This document shows, one piece after another, positions 48,270 to 59,347 of a stretch of 64,000 bases of DNA. The stretch lies in NCBI GenBank assembly GCA_010015585.1, contig ML975154.1; one strand, 5' to 3'. The notes beneath the pieces are model-generated. The model saw only the letters and a list, made by a program, of their open reading frames with translations. It had not been told where the DNA came from and did no database searches. How positions within the stretch are numbered: position 1 is the stretch's first letter; each line of letters starts with the position of its first letter. Both the position numbers and the translations under genes were made by a program. The DNA comes from Eremomyces bilateralis CBS 781.70 (Eukaryota).

Positions 48270-50489
48270 TTATCCGAGAGTGACATCGATCCACTCTCTA
48301 GGTTGCTGTTCCCAAGCCTTCCTGTCAATACGGCCAAGCGCTTTTCGATATGCGATCCCGTCCTCCCACTCGATCCACATGACATGATAATACTCAAAGA
48401 ACTCTTGGTTTTGCAATGAAGGATCGACTCCGTGGTCCACGAAATGTTTGTCGGGGGTCTCAGGATCCTTCAGGATCCCCCTAGCCAGCATGATAAGCTC
48501 AATCGAGGTGCGTGCTGCCATCATTCGGTGTTCTTCAGAACATGGAAACAGAACACCAGATATCACATCACTCTGATCATGCAAGGTAATACAATTTCCA
48601 GCGTGAGTACGGGTTGAGCCGGTTCTGATTAATCGACCGCTTGAAAACCATGCCCGTTGGGTACGGCAGGACAAGAGCCGAGCATTGCCCTGGAAGGTCA
48701 AGGTTCTTCCTTGATTTTCCGTTGGGATCGGGAACCAGAATTCAGCATCCGGAATTGAGGCATTCTGGAAGTAGATCCTTTGCCTTGGGTTGTCGAATGG
48801 AGGCTTGGTCCATGTCTTAAGGTTCTTGTCTAAATGACGAGACCACCCGGGCGGCAGGGGGAAATGTATATCCCAGCAAGCTGCGATATGCTTTTGCCAG
48901 AAGATCTCGAGTCTATGACATGGCGCCGCCAAGTCTTCGCGAACACTCCATTGCAGAAGCGGGACAAAGCTGTGGATGCTTCGTGCACCCTATATGGCCT
49001 CCTCCCCGAATTTTGAACTTTTGAAGTAGCTGAATGCGGGATCGCAGCTTCTATAATCCACTTTACATTGCCATCCAGCCCAAGACCAGCTAGGAAGCAA
49101 AGACTTGCTTCCACTGGTACGATTTGGTGTTCTCCGTTTCGCGTCTCCAATCGGTTGCCATAGAAGAGCAATATCGAAAAACATTTGGGGGATCCCTGAA
49201 ATGAAACCGCCCGGAAAGACACGACTCAACGCGGTCGTTATCCCAGCAAATGCAAAGAGCGAATCCTTCTGATAAGATAGATCCCGGTCGTTGTACCGCC
49301 CAAGAAGCTTCAAATATCCAGAAAGAGAAGCAAATGGAACAGAGAAGACCTCAATGGATTCCGGTTCGTCGGTCCCAGGGATAGCGCTGGAGATGGTACC
49401 GCCTTGGCTCACGCTTTGCCAATTATATTCGCTCCAAAATGAATGGGGACACTCCCATCGAGCCACCTGGTTATAGAATCTTAATTTTCTCGGAGAAAAG
49501 AGTTCTTCCTGGAAGGTCCATCCTCTTTTGCTCCACACTGACGGCTGGTCATAGGAACCAGACCGTGCCAGTAGCTTGACCTGCGATGTCAGACGGTGGA
49601 GATCTTGTTTGAATTCTCTTGGTTTCGATACTCCTTGTAACCCTCTCAGTCCATAATTTGCATTGTCGCCATCCTCAGCAACAATGGTTAAATGGGAATT
49701 CGCGAAGATGGAAGACATGTGGTTTATCTGACGGTGTCTCATATTGTCATCGTCTTGTACAATGCAGAACGTGTCAATCCACAGGTATCGTTCCTTGGGC
49801 AGCGCCGAGAGCGCAATGGCGTCTTTTACCGTGTTCGCAAGTTTCGACAGCACCAGTGGATTTGCCAAAGAACCCGGAGTTTGTAGCATGTGCAGATTTT
49901 TCTTCAACGTTGTATACGGTTGGACTGGTCCCCAGACATAACTCAGCGTCACGTAGTCGACGTCGGCGGGAGCAAGCGTTTGTGCCAGAGTTATATAACC
50001 CAACCAAGTATCAACCAGATATTCCGGCTTAACAGGTGGTGGGTATCTCGCAGCGGGCGAGATGTGGCATCGCTGTCCACGTCTCTGATGGGACTTATCG
50101 CAGTGCAGTTTCCATTTCCTGAGTAACCCAGATTCAATCCATTTTGGGTCGAACACTGTGGCACTGCGAAGCGGATGGTCATGCCGTATCAAATGAAATG
50201 CCGCTGTTGGAATGTCAAAAAGGGGCTGGATAACAGCACTTGATGTTAACAGGATCAAGCCGCGAGACTTCAAAAGGTATAGCGAATGAGCCCCAGCATT
50301 GCGCCAAAAATCCTTTTCCTGGCCAAGGGTAGTAAGTATTGGAGTATGTGTTTGGCAATATGTAGACCATAATGACTCAGATGTCCCAATCGCTATGATG
50401 TATTTCGATTCGTCAATCAGGAACTCGACAATGAGACGGCAGACTCTGCATGGCCGGCTCGTCTGACGAGAGTTAGGTCTCGACCTCAA
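48270..50489 (-). pseudogene. HET-domain gene with one in-frame TAG (5' end uncertain)
   Basis: Motifs YVTLSYVWG, T.KDAI, RYLWID.FCIVQDD, M.SIF..S.LTIVA..G..AN.GL, W.KRGWTFQE, Y..R.LSY..D.L.AFAGI, PSWSWAGW and V.WIEW.DGIAYR..LG. The 499-aa and 220-aa ORFs share a frame, separated only by TAG at 48990-48992. Confidence 0.85.
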
Positions 50490-51475
50490 CCTGTCTTGAT
50501 AGGCTTATCCATAAGACTATGCCATACCTTGACCTCTGATACAGTCCCTGACAGGCATCTTAAGTCATATCGCTTTTGAACGGTTTTCTGGAGATAGTTA
50601 TGCTTGCTTGACCGGAGGTGTACGTTTTCGGTGCGAGGACGGCGACCCATCTTGTTCGCGACAAACAGATCCTCACAGCGCTGGGAAACTTGGAAAGGAA
50701 GACACAAAAAAGGAGATCCTTCTAGTTGATCGGTGATGTGAATGTTTTCGAACACATAGCGCGGAGAGAGAAATGATGTCGACCTTGAGAGGCTGTGTTG
50801 CAGGCTCTTGGTACGCCTTCAGAGCCAATCATCAACACTGAGATTACCATGCCATCAAGGAATCAGACTTGGGCGATGATACCAGGCAAGAATACCAAGA
50901 CAAATTAATGAGAACAGGTGTGAGAAACGGGTAGCTTCCCGACTGGAGCCCAATCATGGTTCCAATTCAAAAAGGAGGCGGTATCCAACGGCGATTCCAA
51001 CTTAACATACGTAATGACTTACAGGCTACAGCCAAGACAGATCGCAGCAATGGGAATATCAACTCTATGATATTACTTCAAGTTCGGCCCAAACCAGCAG
51101 AAGTGCTGACAATACCCGCAAGACTTGACGACATCCAGAAACTGGATAAACTTGATCTGTTGAAAAACACCAATTAAAGAAGGATTCTGATACTCCCTAG
51201 TAAACCTACGTTTCGCTAACCAAAGAAGGGCAATTCGAGTTGAGATTGGCCAGAATCCTCGAGGTAGTTCAGGGACTGTACCAACTAGAGCGGATTCTGG
51301 ATGTCGTTATGTCTTGCGGTATCAAGTTTGTGGGGAAGTGAGGATTCGGTTCCCTCTCGCTTGTTCATTTGAAAGGGACCATAATTATTATGTAGGGAAT
51401 AATCATAAAGTGGATCTCTCTAAATGATTCACAGGCCCGACAGGATCACCGCTGTGCGTTGATTGACATCCGCCA

Positions 51476-51527
51476 ATGGAACTCCAGATTATGGAACTCC
51501 AGATTATGGAGCTCCAGATTATGGAAC
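51476..51527. repeat. 15-bp tandem repeat ATGGAACTCCAGATT, about 3.5 copies
   Basis: Seen directly. Confidence 0.9.
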
Positions 51528-52375
51528 GGATGAACAAGCACAAGCTAATTCACGCTTACGACAAAGTACCACGAAGTATCAAATTCCGTATTCCATTCAC
51601 GCTGCACTACAGACATAATAACCATAGTTCCGCCTAATATACAGATTGGAAAAATACCCTCTTCTCTTTCCCTCCTCTCGTCAGCCATCCGCACCTTCAT
51701 CATCCTGCAATCTTCAATTCCCTCCGCATGCCTCCCCGGTGATCCTCCACTATCCAGTGACTCGTGCCTCTTCTCGTAATCTGCTGCGGCGAGATGTGCA
51801 GGGAACGACCGGAAAGAGAAGAGGGTGATGGGAAGTCTATTATAGCTAAGAAAGCTAGGAACAAGGGAGTGTGGATGAATCAAGGGGTGAGGAACCAGTG
51901 AATGGGAAAATGGGGGTATGAGAATATCAATCAACAAATACCGCGGCGATCAGGTCCTCGGCGAGGAGCCCAGCCAGCAGCCATGAAAACGAAATGGAAA
52001 CACGGTCCAACCAACCCAGGACCGTCGGATCGGAACCCGGGAAAAGAACGAAAGAAAAGAACCGTCGTGTCAAACCCTACAGAACTTTTCGGTCGAATCC
52101 ACGACATGAAGACGCGAGAACGCCGCCATCCGGTTCGACCAACCTAAACGCCGGGTATAACGGGCAACGGACTTAGGAAGCGACTTGAACGGAGCCGACA
52201 GCGCGTTCGAGGGTGTTCTTGGGCGCGGACACCGGGACGAAGGTGTCGGTGCGTTCTGTACAAAAGAAAAGGAAGGAGAGGCCCGTTAGCAAGAGAAGTT
52301 TGACCACTTGTGCTGTGACGAGAAGGTCGGGTTGTTGAAGGAGATGGTCGTAACAATGCAGAAGGGGTGGCGTGA

Positions 52376-54905
52376 TTAGGCCTTCTTCTCTTCCTCCGTG
52401 CCATTCTCCTGCTGCTTACTCTTCTCCGGCTCCGGCTCACCCTTGTCCTTGACGTATTCATTGTAGACAGCGAGCGCTTCTAGGACCTTGGCGTTGAGGG
52501 CAGACTCATCGGTGGTGAGGTTCAACAACTCCGCATTCTCCATCTCCAACAACATGCCCGTGATCTTCCCGGCCAACTCCGGCTGTTGCTTCTCAATCCG
52601 GGGATAGAGCATCTCTCCCAACAGCTGCTTCTGCTGCTGCGCCGGCATCGCGTTCAGGGTCGCAATATCCATCGGGGCACCACCTTGTGCGGGCTGGGCT
52701 CCCGGTCCACCACGGCCACCCTGGGGATACGAACCCATCTGTCCCCCTCCACGCGGCATCCCGCCCATTCCACGACCGGCCTGGGCACCTTGCGCTGGGA
52801 ATCCTTGGCCACGCGCGGCACCGGGCCCGCCCTGCATCTGGGGAGGCATCTGCATTCCCATGGGGGCGGCACCACGGCCACGGCCCATCTGCGCCTGGAC
52901 AGCTTGTTGGGCGAGTTGCATGTAGGCGGGGTTGAAGCCACCAGGGGGATAGGCACCCGGAGGCATGTTGGGGGGCATGCCGTACATGGGGGGAGCCTGC
53001 TGAGCGTTCGGGGCACCACGTCCGCCTTGCTGGGGTGGCATGCCGCCGGGGAATCCACCGCGGCCGGCTTGGGGCATACCCGGGAAGGGCATGCCTTGGC
53101 CACGGGCACCGGGAGGCATGAAGGGTTGTTGGCCAGGGCCGAAGAACATCTGGGGTTGCATGAAGGCCTGTGGGAGTTAGCGATGGTTAACAAAGAGGTC
53201 TTTGCAAAACGTACCTGGTTGGGCATGCCTGCGGCAGCAGCAGCTTGTTGCATGCGGATCTGGTTGCGAGCTTGGATAGTAGCCTCGAGCTGCCCAAAGT
53301 GTTAGCGAATTTCGATTCCATGTATAAAATTATTAAGACGGGGAATAAACTCACCTGGCTCTTCCTCACATCCTTCCTCTGCGCCAATGCGACATACAAC
53401 GGCTTTCCATTGGCCATCTTCTGGTTCATCTCCGAAACGGCCTTGGTCGCCTCATCCGGATTCGAGAAGCAGACGAAGCCGAAGCCCTTGCTCTTGCCCA
53501 GGACGCGCTTCTCACCCTTGATGGTGACCTTGTCGGATTCCTTGGTGTCCTTTTTGGTCTCTTTGTCCTCGCCTTCGGAGTCCTTCTTCTCCTCTTTGTC
53601 GTCCTTCTTCTCCTTGGCCTCCTTGACCTCCTTGACCTCTTTGTCCTCCTTCTCCGCCTTCTCTTCTTTCTCCTCCTTGTCTTCCTTGTCTTCCTTGTCT
53701 TCCTTGTCTTCCTTGTCAGCCTCGTCCTTGGTCTCCTCATCCTTAGCGGCAGCATCTTCGCTGCCAGCAGGGGTGGTATCACGCATCACCTTGGCGCTGG
53801 TGATGGTGCCGAAAGGAGTGAACATGTCCCGCAGCTTCTCGTCGTCGACATCGTCGTCGAGGTTCTTGACGTAGAGGTTGACGCCCTGGTACTTGGACTG
53901 CTTCTCGAGACGAGCAGCCTCGTATTGCTTGCGGAGTTCTTCCTCACGTTCATGCTTCTTCTGCGCACGGCCGACGTATAGCTTCTGGCCCTTGAAGTCG
54001 GAGTCGTTCAGGGCCTCGACAGCAGTGGAGGCATCCTCGTGTCTGGCGTAGTTGACGAAGCCAAAGCCGCGGCTCTTGCCGGCATCATCGCGAGCGAGGG
54101 ACGCAGAGGTGATCTGGCCGTACTTCTCAAAGAGATCGGCGAACTCCTTGTCAGTGGCGTCCTGGTCGACATTCTTGACGTAGATGTTGGTGAAGTTGGC
54201 CTTCATCTCCTCGAACTTGCTCATGCGCTCCTTCTTGGGGATATGATGACCAACGTAGACCTTCTTCTCGTTGAGAAGCATGCCGTTGACGTGCTTGATG
54301 GCATTGTTGGCCGCCTCAGCCGTCTCGTAGTGAACGAATCCGTATCCCTTGGAGTTGCCCATCTCATCCTGAGCGACCTTGCAGCTGAGAATGTTTCCGA
54401 ACGCAGCAAAGGTATCATGCAGCGCCTTGTTATCGATAGCGGTGTCCAAGTTCTTGATGAAGACGTTACCCTGGCCGGTCTTGCGGAGGGCGGGATCACG
54501 CTGAGACCACATGATGCGGCAGGGTCGTCCCTTAATAACGGTATAATTGAGTTCTTCAAGAGCCTTCTCACCGTCGTCGGAGGAATTGTAGTTGACGTAC
54601 GCGTAGCCAAGGGAGCGTCGGGTAACGGCGTCACGACAAACACGGATGGACGCAACCTGGCCGATTTGGGAAAACAGCTCAAACAACATTGCCTCAGTGA
54701 CGGACGGGTCGAGCTCGCCAACATAAAGCGAAGCGCTGTTGGGGTGCGCGGTGGTGGAAACTGTCGCGGAGGTCGGCGTGGAAAGATCGGCGGGAGCAGC
54801 ACCAGCAACGTTGGTGTTGACGCTGGTGCCGTTCACATCACCAGCATCGGCGGTGGGAGCGGCATTGGGAGCCGGGGAAGTGGCAGTCGCGGCTTCGGCA
54901 GACAT
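52376..54905 (-). CDS. PAB1: Cytoplasmic/nuclear poly(A)-binding protein
   Basis: Four RRMs ([34 protein letters not shown]) with a K/E/D insert in RRM4, a Pro/Gly/Met linker and an MLLE domain (KITGMLLEM). Introns 53354-53290 and 53214-53168; probable 5'-UTR intron 55119-54909. Confidence 0.96.
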
Positions 54906-55947
54906 GATCTGAGAGATTATCAGCTTCTTGTGAGGGAGTTGGGCTGGCGCGATCCACTGCCGTATCTCGCAGCTGCCACGTTCAAACATACGCTTGTGAA
55001 GTTGTGTGTCTTTGAGATTAGGTGAGACAAAGAGTGAGAGTTGGAGAAACGAAGCTGCAGAACGTGATGTCAGCGACACAACCGGGCACATTTCCAAGAC
55101 CAAAAGAGGCAATACTCACGGTGCTATGAACGGAGTTCAGATAAACCTTTCGAAGCTAGACCAGGTGGTGCGACTGAAAGGGAAGGGAGGACAGTTCAAC
55201 GGGTGAGACTGTGATGGGAGATGGAGATGGAGTGTTGTCGTGGAATTCGACGGGATTTTCAGGATTTTCAATTTTTTTTGGGCTTCAGATCCGAGATTTA
55301 GTGAAGAGAAGAAAGACAAGAATGAGGCTCTTTGAAAGAAACTCAGACTGAAAAGCGTGGATGCGAAGAGGCAAGGCCAAAGGTTTTTTTAGAGGCTTTG
55401 GAGTTTCGCGTTGATGGGAGTCCACAAAGAAATTTTGGGTGGGTGGTGGTCACGTGAGATAACGCCTGTGAATGCCTGAGGCAATAAAGCAGATGAAATA
55501 ATCTGGTTGTGAAGAAAAGAACTTTTAATCATCCAGGAGAAAAACAACTATTAGGAGAACAATACACAACCAATGCTCGAGTTGCGGTATTTCAATCACT
55601 AAACCTTGTGTTGGAACTTGAAAATCCAAACAGTATCTTAATATGTCACATGTTACTTGGCACATCATTTCGATCTCTACTATTTGCATACTATATTGAC
55701 CATGTTTCTTTGTACGTCTACCAATCCTAAGCAAGGACTAAGGAGTGATGCTGTCGTCCTGCACAAAGGATCAAACCACAACTCGCTGCTATACAAGAAA
55801 ATATAAAAATATTACAATGCAAGGTATCCCTACCTGCCTTGGTAAGAAAGATCATCATCAGCCATTTCTCAATACTCCCATAATCCCTTTAAGAATTGTA
55901 TCCCCAAAATCCCCCAAACGAAATCCCCCGTCAATCCCCCATGAAAC

Positions 55948-57624
55948 CTAATACCCATCATCCCAAATCTCCGCCGGGCTCTTCACCAGCTCCGCCGTCG
56001 GACTCCCATACACCTTCTTCTCCCACTTCTTCTTCTCCTTCCGCTCCCGCTGCCCCACCAAATGCGGCGTCACCGGCGTAATCGGCGTGAACGGCATGTA
56101 CGGACTATACGGCGTATGCGGCACCCCCGCCGTATTGGGCGTGCGCACCGTCCGTGGGATCCCTTGCATTAGCCGATCGCGCTTCCGCTCCACGTACGTC
56201 GTCTTGGTGGCTTCGGGGGCGAAGGAGTCGCCGCCCATGGCGCGGAGAGGGAGCGCGCCGCTGGAGGTGGAGGCGGATTTGGAGTTGTTGAAGGGGCGGG
56301 GGGCGGCGGGGTCAGGGGAGTGCATGTAGGGTCCGCGGTGGGGGGCGGGGTTGGGAAGGGGTGCGGGTTGGTCGAGCTCCTCATCGGCGTAGTCCTCGAC
56401 TTGGGGTTGAGGCTGGGGCTGAGGCTGCGGTATGCCGGAAGGAAGGGGAGGGGACTCCATGGTGCCCTGGCTGGCGAAAGTCTGCGATGTGTGCGGTGTA
56501 TTTGGGTTTGACGGAGGTTCCGGTGGCGGCCCAGGGTTGTAGAAGCGTGGGGATAGTGGGGCGCGCTCGTCCTCGCTGCCATCCTCCTTGCGAATGGGAG
56601 CACTAATGCGAAGATTCCGGAGCGCTTTCCGCGTCTTACTTGTGCTGGCTGTAGAGCCCATGGAAGATGTTCGACTTTCCCGGCGGAGAAGGTTCCGCTT
56701 CGGTGATGTTGGCGGCGGGCCGGTTTGTGTCGGAGGGTTGGCGAGGAAGGCTTGTTGTCGATGTTGGTGATCTTGATGGAATCCGGCTCCGGCTCGGATT
56801 GGGGAGGTGGGACTCCTCGGGCCGCTGGGACCCTCGCTATCCGGAGGATATATGGCGCGGATGGGGCTCCGTGGACTTGATGGGCTATGTGGGCCGGGGA
56901 TGTCGAGTCGTTCGGCGTCCGTCTTGACGCGAAGAATGCGTTTATCTTGTGGATTGCATGGTACGTCTTCAGGGTGTGTCTGTTGGATTTCGTCCTCATC
57001 CTCGATAGCGAATATTTCGCTCTGCGACGCTTTCTTCGCGTCATGCTCCATGACCGCTGCATAGAGTCTATCCATCTCCTTTTGCCGATCCTCTCTGTCG
57101 CGCTGGATGATGTTCTCGTCAAATGAGGCAAAGCCGGGACTATTCGGTTGACTGGTAGCCCGACTGTTCGGTGCAGTGCTGCCGCCTCGAGAGGTCAAGC
57201 TGGTCACGCTCTTTTTCATGCTGTGGGTGAGGTTGAGCTTGCCCTTGATCCACGATCGGGAGGTGCTTGTAGGCGATACCGGCGACGGATCGAATGCCTG
57301 TGCCGGGGACTTGGTCATTTCTATTTCAGGTGCCGGGTCGCCAGCCATGGCCCTCTGTCTCTTGGGTCGGCCGATAACGAGGATCAAGAATCCGACCACG
57401 ACAACTGAGACGCAATATGCGCCGATAATGCCGCAGATTTGCGCGGGCAATATCGACTTCTCCACTGGATGTGCGGGTGGTTCCAATAATCCTCGTTTCT
57501 TCACATCTGCGATATCCAACTGCGATTGTGGCGAAAGTCCGGGTCGGGCGGCTGCTGTGGTACAGTAGAAACAGAGAATCACAGTGAGGAGATGAGCAGG
57601 ATTGCCCGGTAGTGAGAGGAGCAT
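55948..57624 (-). CDS. Hypothetical single-pass membrane protein, Pro/Ser-rich
   Basis: Long ORF with a signal-like N-terminus, a TM segment (QICGIIGAYCVSVVVVGFLILVI) and a C-terminal PYSPYMPFTPITPVTPHLV block. Confidence 0.8.
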   Translation of the reverse strand: MLLSLPGNPAHLLTVILCFYCTTAAARPGLSPQSQLDIADVKKRGLLEPPAHPVEKSILPAQICGIIGAYCVSVVVVGFLILVIGRPKRQRAMAGDPAPEIEMTKSPAQAFDPSPVSPTSTSRSWIKGKLNLTHSMKKSVTSLTSRGGSTAPNSRATSQPNSPGFASFDENIIQRDREDRQKEMDRLYAAVMEHDAKKASQSEIFAIEDEDEIQQTHPEDVPCNPQDKRILRVKTDAERLDIPGPHSPSSPRSPIRAIYPPDSEGPSGPRSPTSPIRAGAGFHQDHQHRQQAFLANPPTQTGPPPTSPKRNLLRRESRTSSMGSTASTSKTRKALRNLRISAPIRKEDGSEDERAPLSPRFYNPGPPPEPPSNPNTPHTSQTFASQGTMESPPLPSGIPQPQPQPQPQVEDYADEELDQPAPLPNPAPHRGPYMHSPDPAAPRPFNNSKSASTSSGALPLRAMGGDSFAPEATKTTYVERKRDRLMQGIPRTVRTPNTAGVPHTPYSPYMPFTPITPVTPHLVGQRERKEKKKWEKKVYGSPTAELVKSPAEIWDDGY

Positions 57625-58749
57625 CGTTGCTGAAGCTGTGGGAGTTACAGCTTGTCGCGGAGGGGGATTAATATGCTGGAGGTCGAACTCATCCTGTGGA
57701 GACAGGAGTTCGATGGAACGGGCAAGTGTCACGTATATCAGAGGGCGGCGATCTTGACTTGTCCAAAATGCAAATCATGCGAGAGATGTGATGGGCTCCG
57801 GTACGAAAGTCATGTCATGCGAGCCAATGTTCCTCTTGACGAGCATGGTAAGCCGCAAAGTGGCCGGCCAATGGGCCTCGAGGCGTACACAGCATCCGAC
57901 CTGCTGGCGACGAAAACTGGTAGTGTTCCTGTGCATATCGCCAATCCCATTGATCCAGTCAGCGTCGAGACGTCGAGCGGTTACAAGGATGGTGAAGAAT
58001 TGAGGGGAGAGTGATATTGACGATTCGACTCGGCCCGCTGATTGGCTTGACTCCGTGTGACGGCTGATGCCAGGCACGTCGTTTTAGCGCCCTGGGCAAC
58101 GCGACGGGAAGACGATTGGACCGAGCAAAGAAACGATCACCTCCATGCTAAAGTTAGCGGGTGATGGGACAGGGCATCCCAACCGATCCGGCGGGGTCGT
58201 CCGCAAGTGGGATGAAAATGCATGAGCAAGTTGCAAGGGAACAATCTCCCGACTCTGTGCTCGCCTACTCGGCTCCGATCATAAGTCCACTCGTTACAGA
58301 CCGATATCAAACTCGGTAGCGATAAGGAGGATTCAAAAGGAGGATTCAACAGCAAGCTGCGGTTTCTGCCCCAAATATTAGCAGTTGTAATACCAGTGAA
58401 TCCGCTTCAAGCCTTCAAGCACTACGGTCAGATATCCTGGACCAATGAAGCTCCACGTCCTTGCCGGTGTTGTCCATTTGAACCTACTCCGTACAAACAT
58501 CCTGTTTTCTTCAAGCAACGCCTGTGTCGAGGGTTGAACCCATTACAGAACAGAATTGAAGTCTGATATCTGCAGTGGTCTGTTTGATGATGTCCAGATG
58601 GGTACTGTCCTGACAGCCTGCAGTGAGGGTGGACTGGTGAAGGTATGCTGCGCCACAGGATGCTGGCCTGGGGATGGTATGCGCCACAATACGAAACCTC
58701 TCCTACTCCTAAGTCTTACCAATTGCCAACTGAATCGAGAATCTCTCCG

Positions 58750-58792
58750 CTTCTTCTCCTTCTTCTCCTTCTTCTTCTTCTTCTTTTTCTTC
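58750..58792. repeat. (CTT)n microsatellite, imperfect
   Basis: Seen directly. Confidence 0.85.
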
Positions 58793-59347
58793 AATCAGCC
58801 CAACTTGAAATGGTCGTATGTCTTTCTATGCAAATAGCTTGTGATGCTGTGTCATCGTGGCTGCTTGAACAGTCGTCACCGCTCCAACCATCGAATGCAG
58901 AGAATTCAGGATTAGCGGAGACAGTGGTGAACAGCATTCCGCGGAATCCGCGTTCCGACATGTTGAAATCTCATGCCTCCGCAGATACCTCCGCGCAGTC
59001 TTGGCTACTCCTTATGTCGCCCTTAGATTTGCCCTTGGCCAGCACAGCCGCGGAATCCGTATCTGCCAAATCCTCTCTCCGAATGCTAGAATTATGGACT
59101 ATTACCCTTGGCAAAGGCGTCTTCGCATTGTAGAAGCATATCTTCGATCCGCATGGGAGAAGGCAGAGCCACAGGATTGACATGACTCCGGTGTACTTAT
59201 ATCTGTCTTTTTTGTAATTCAATCGTCATTTTCTATTTGAATTGAAGTTTATTCGAGTTCTTCAAGGCGCTTTAGATAGCAGCTTTACTCTTCTTATTGA
59301 ATTAATCGACACTCGTTTACAACTGATTCTTCTTTCTTGCATGGGCT

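Noticed and set aside
52586..55025. Long plus-strand ORFs (239, 209 and 328 aa) opposite PAB1, and similar shadows over other GC-rich genes
   Set aside because: Antisense shadows produced by strong codon bias.
54906..55112. N-terminal extension of PAB1 in the ORF track
   Set aside because: It starts at a non-ATG codon inside the probable 5'-UTR intron.
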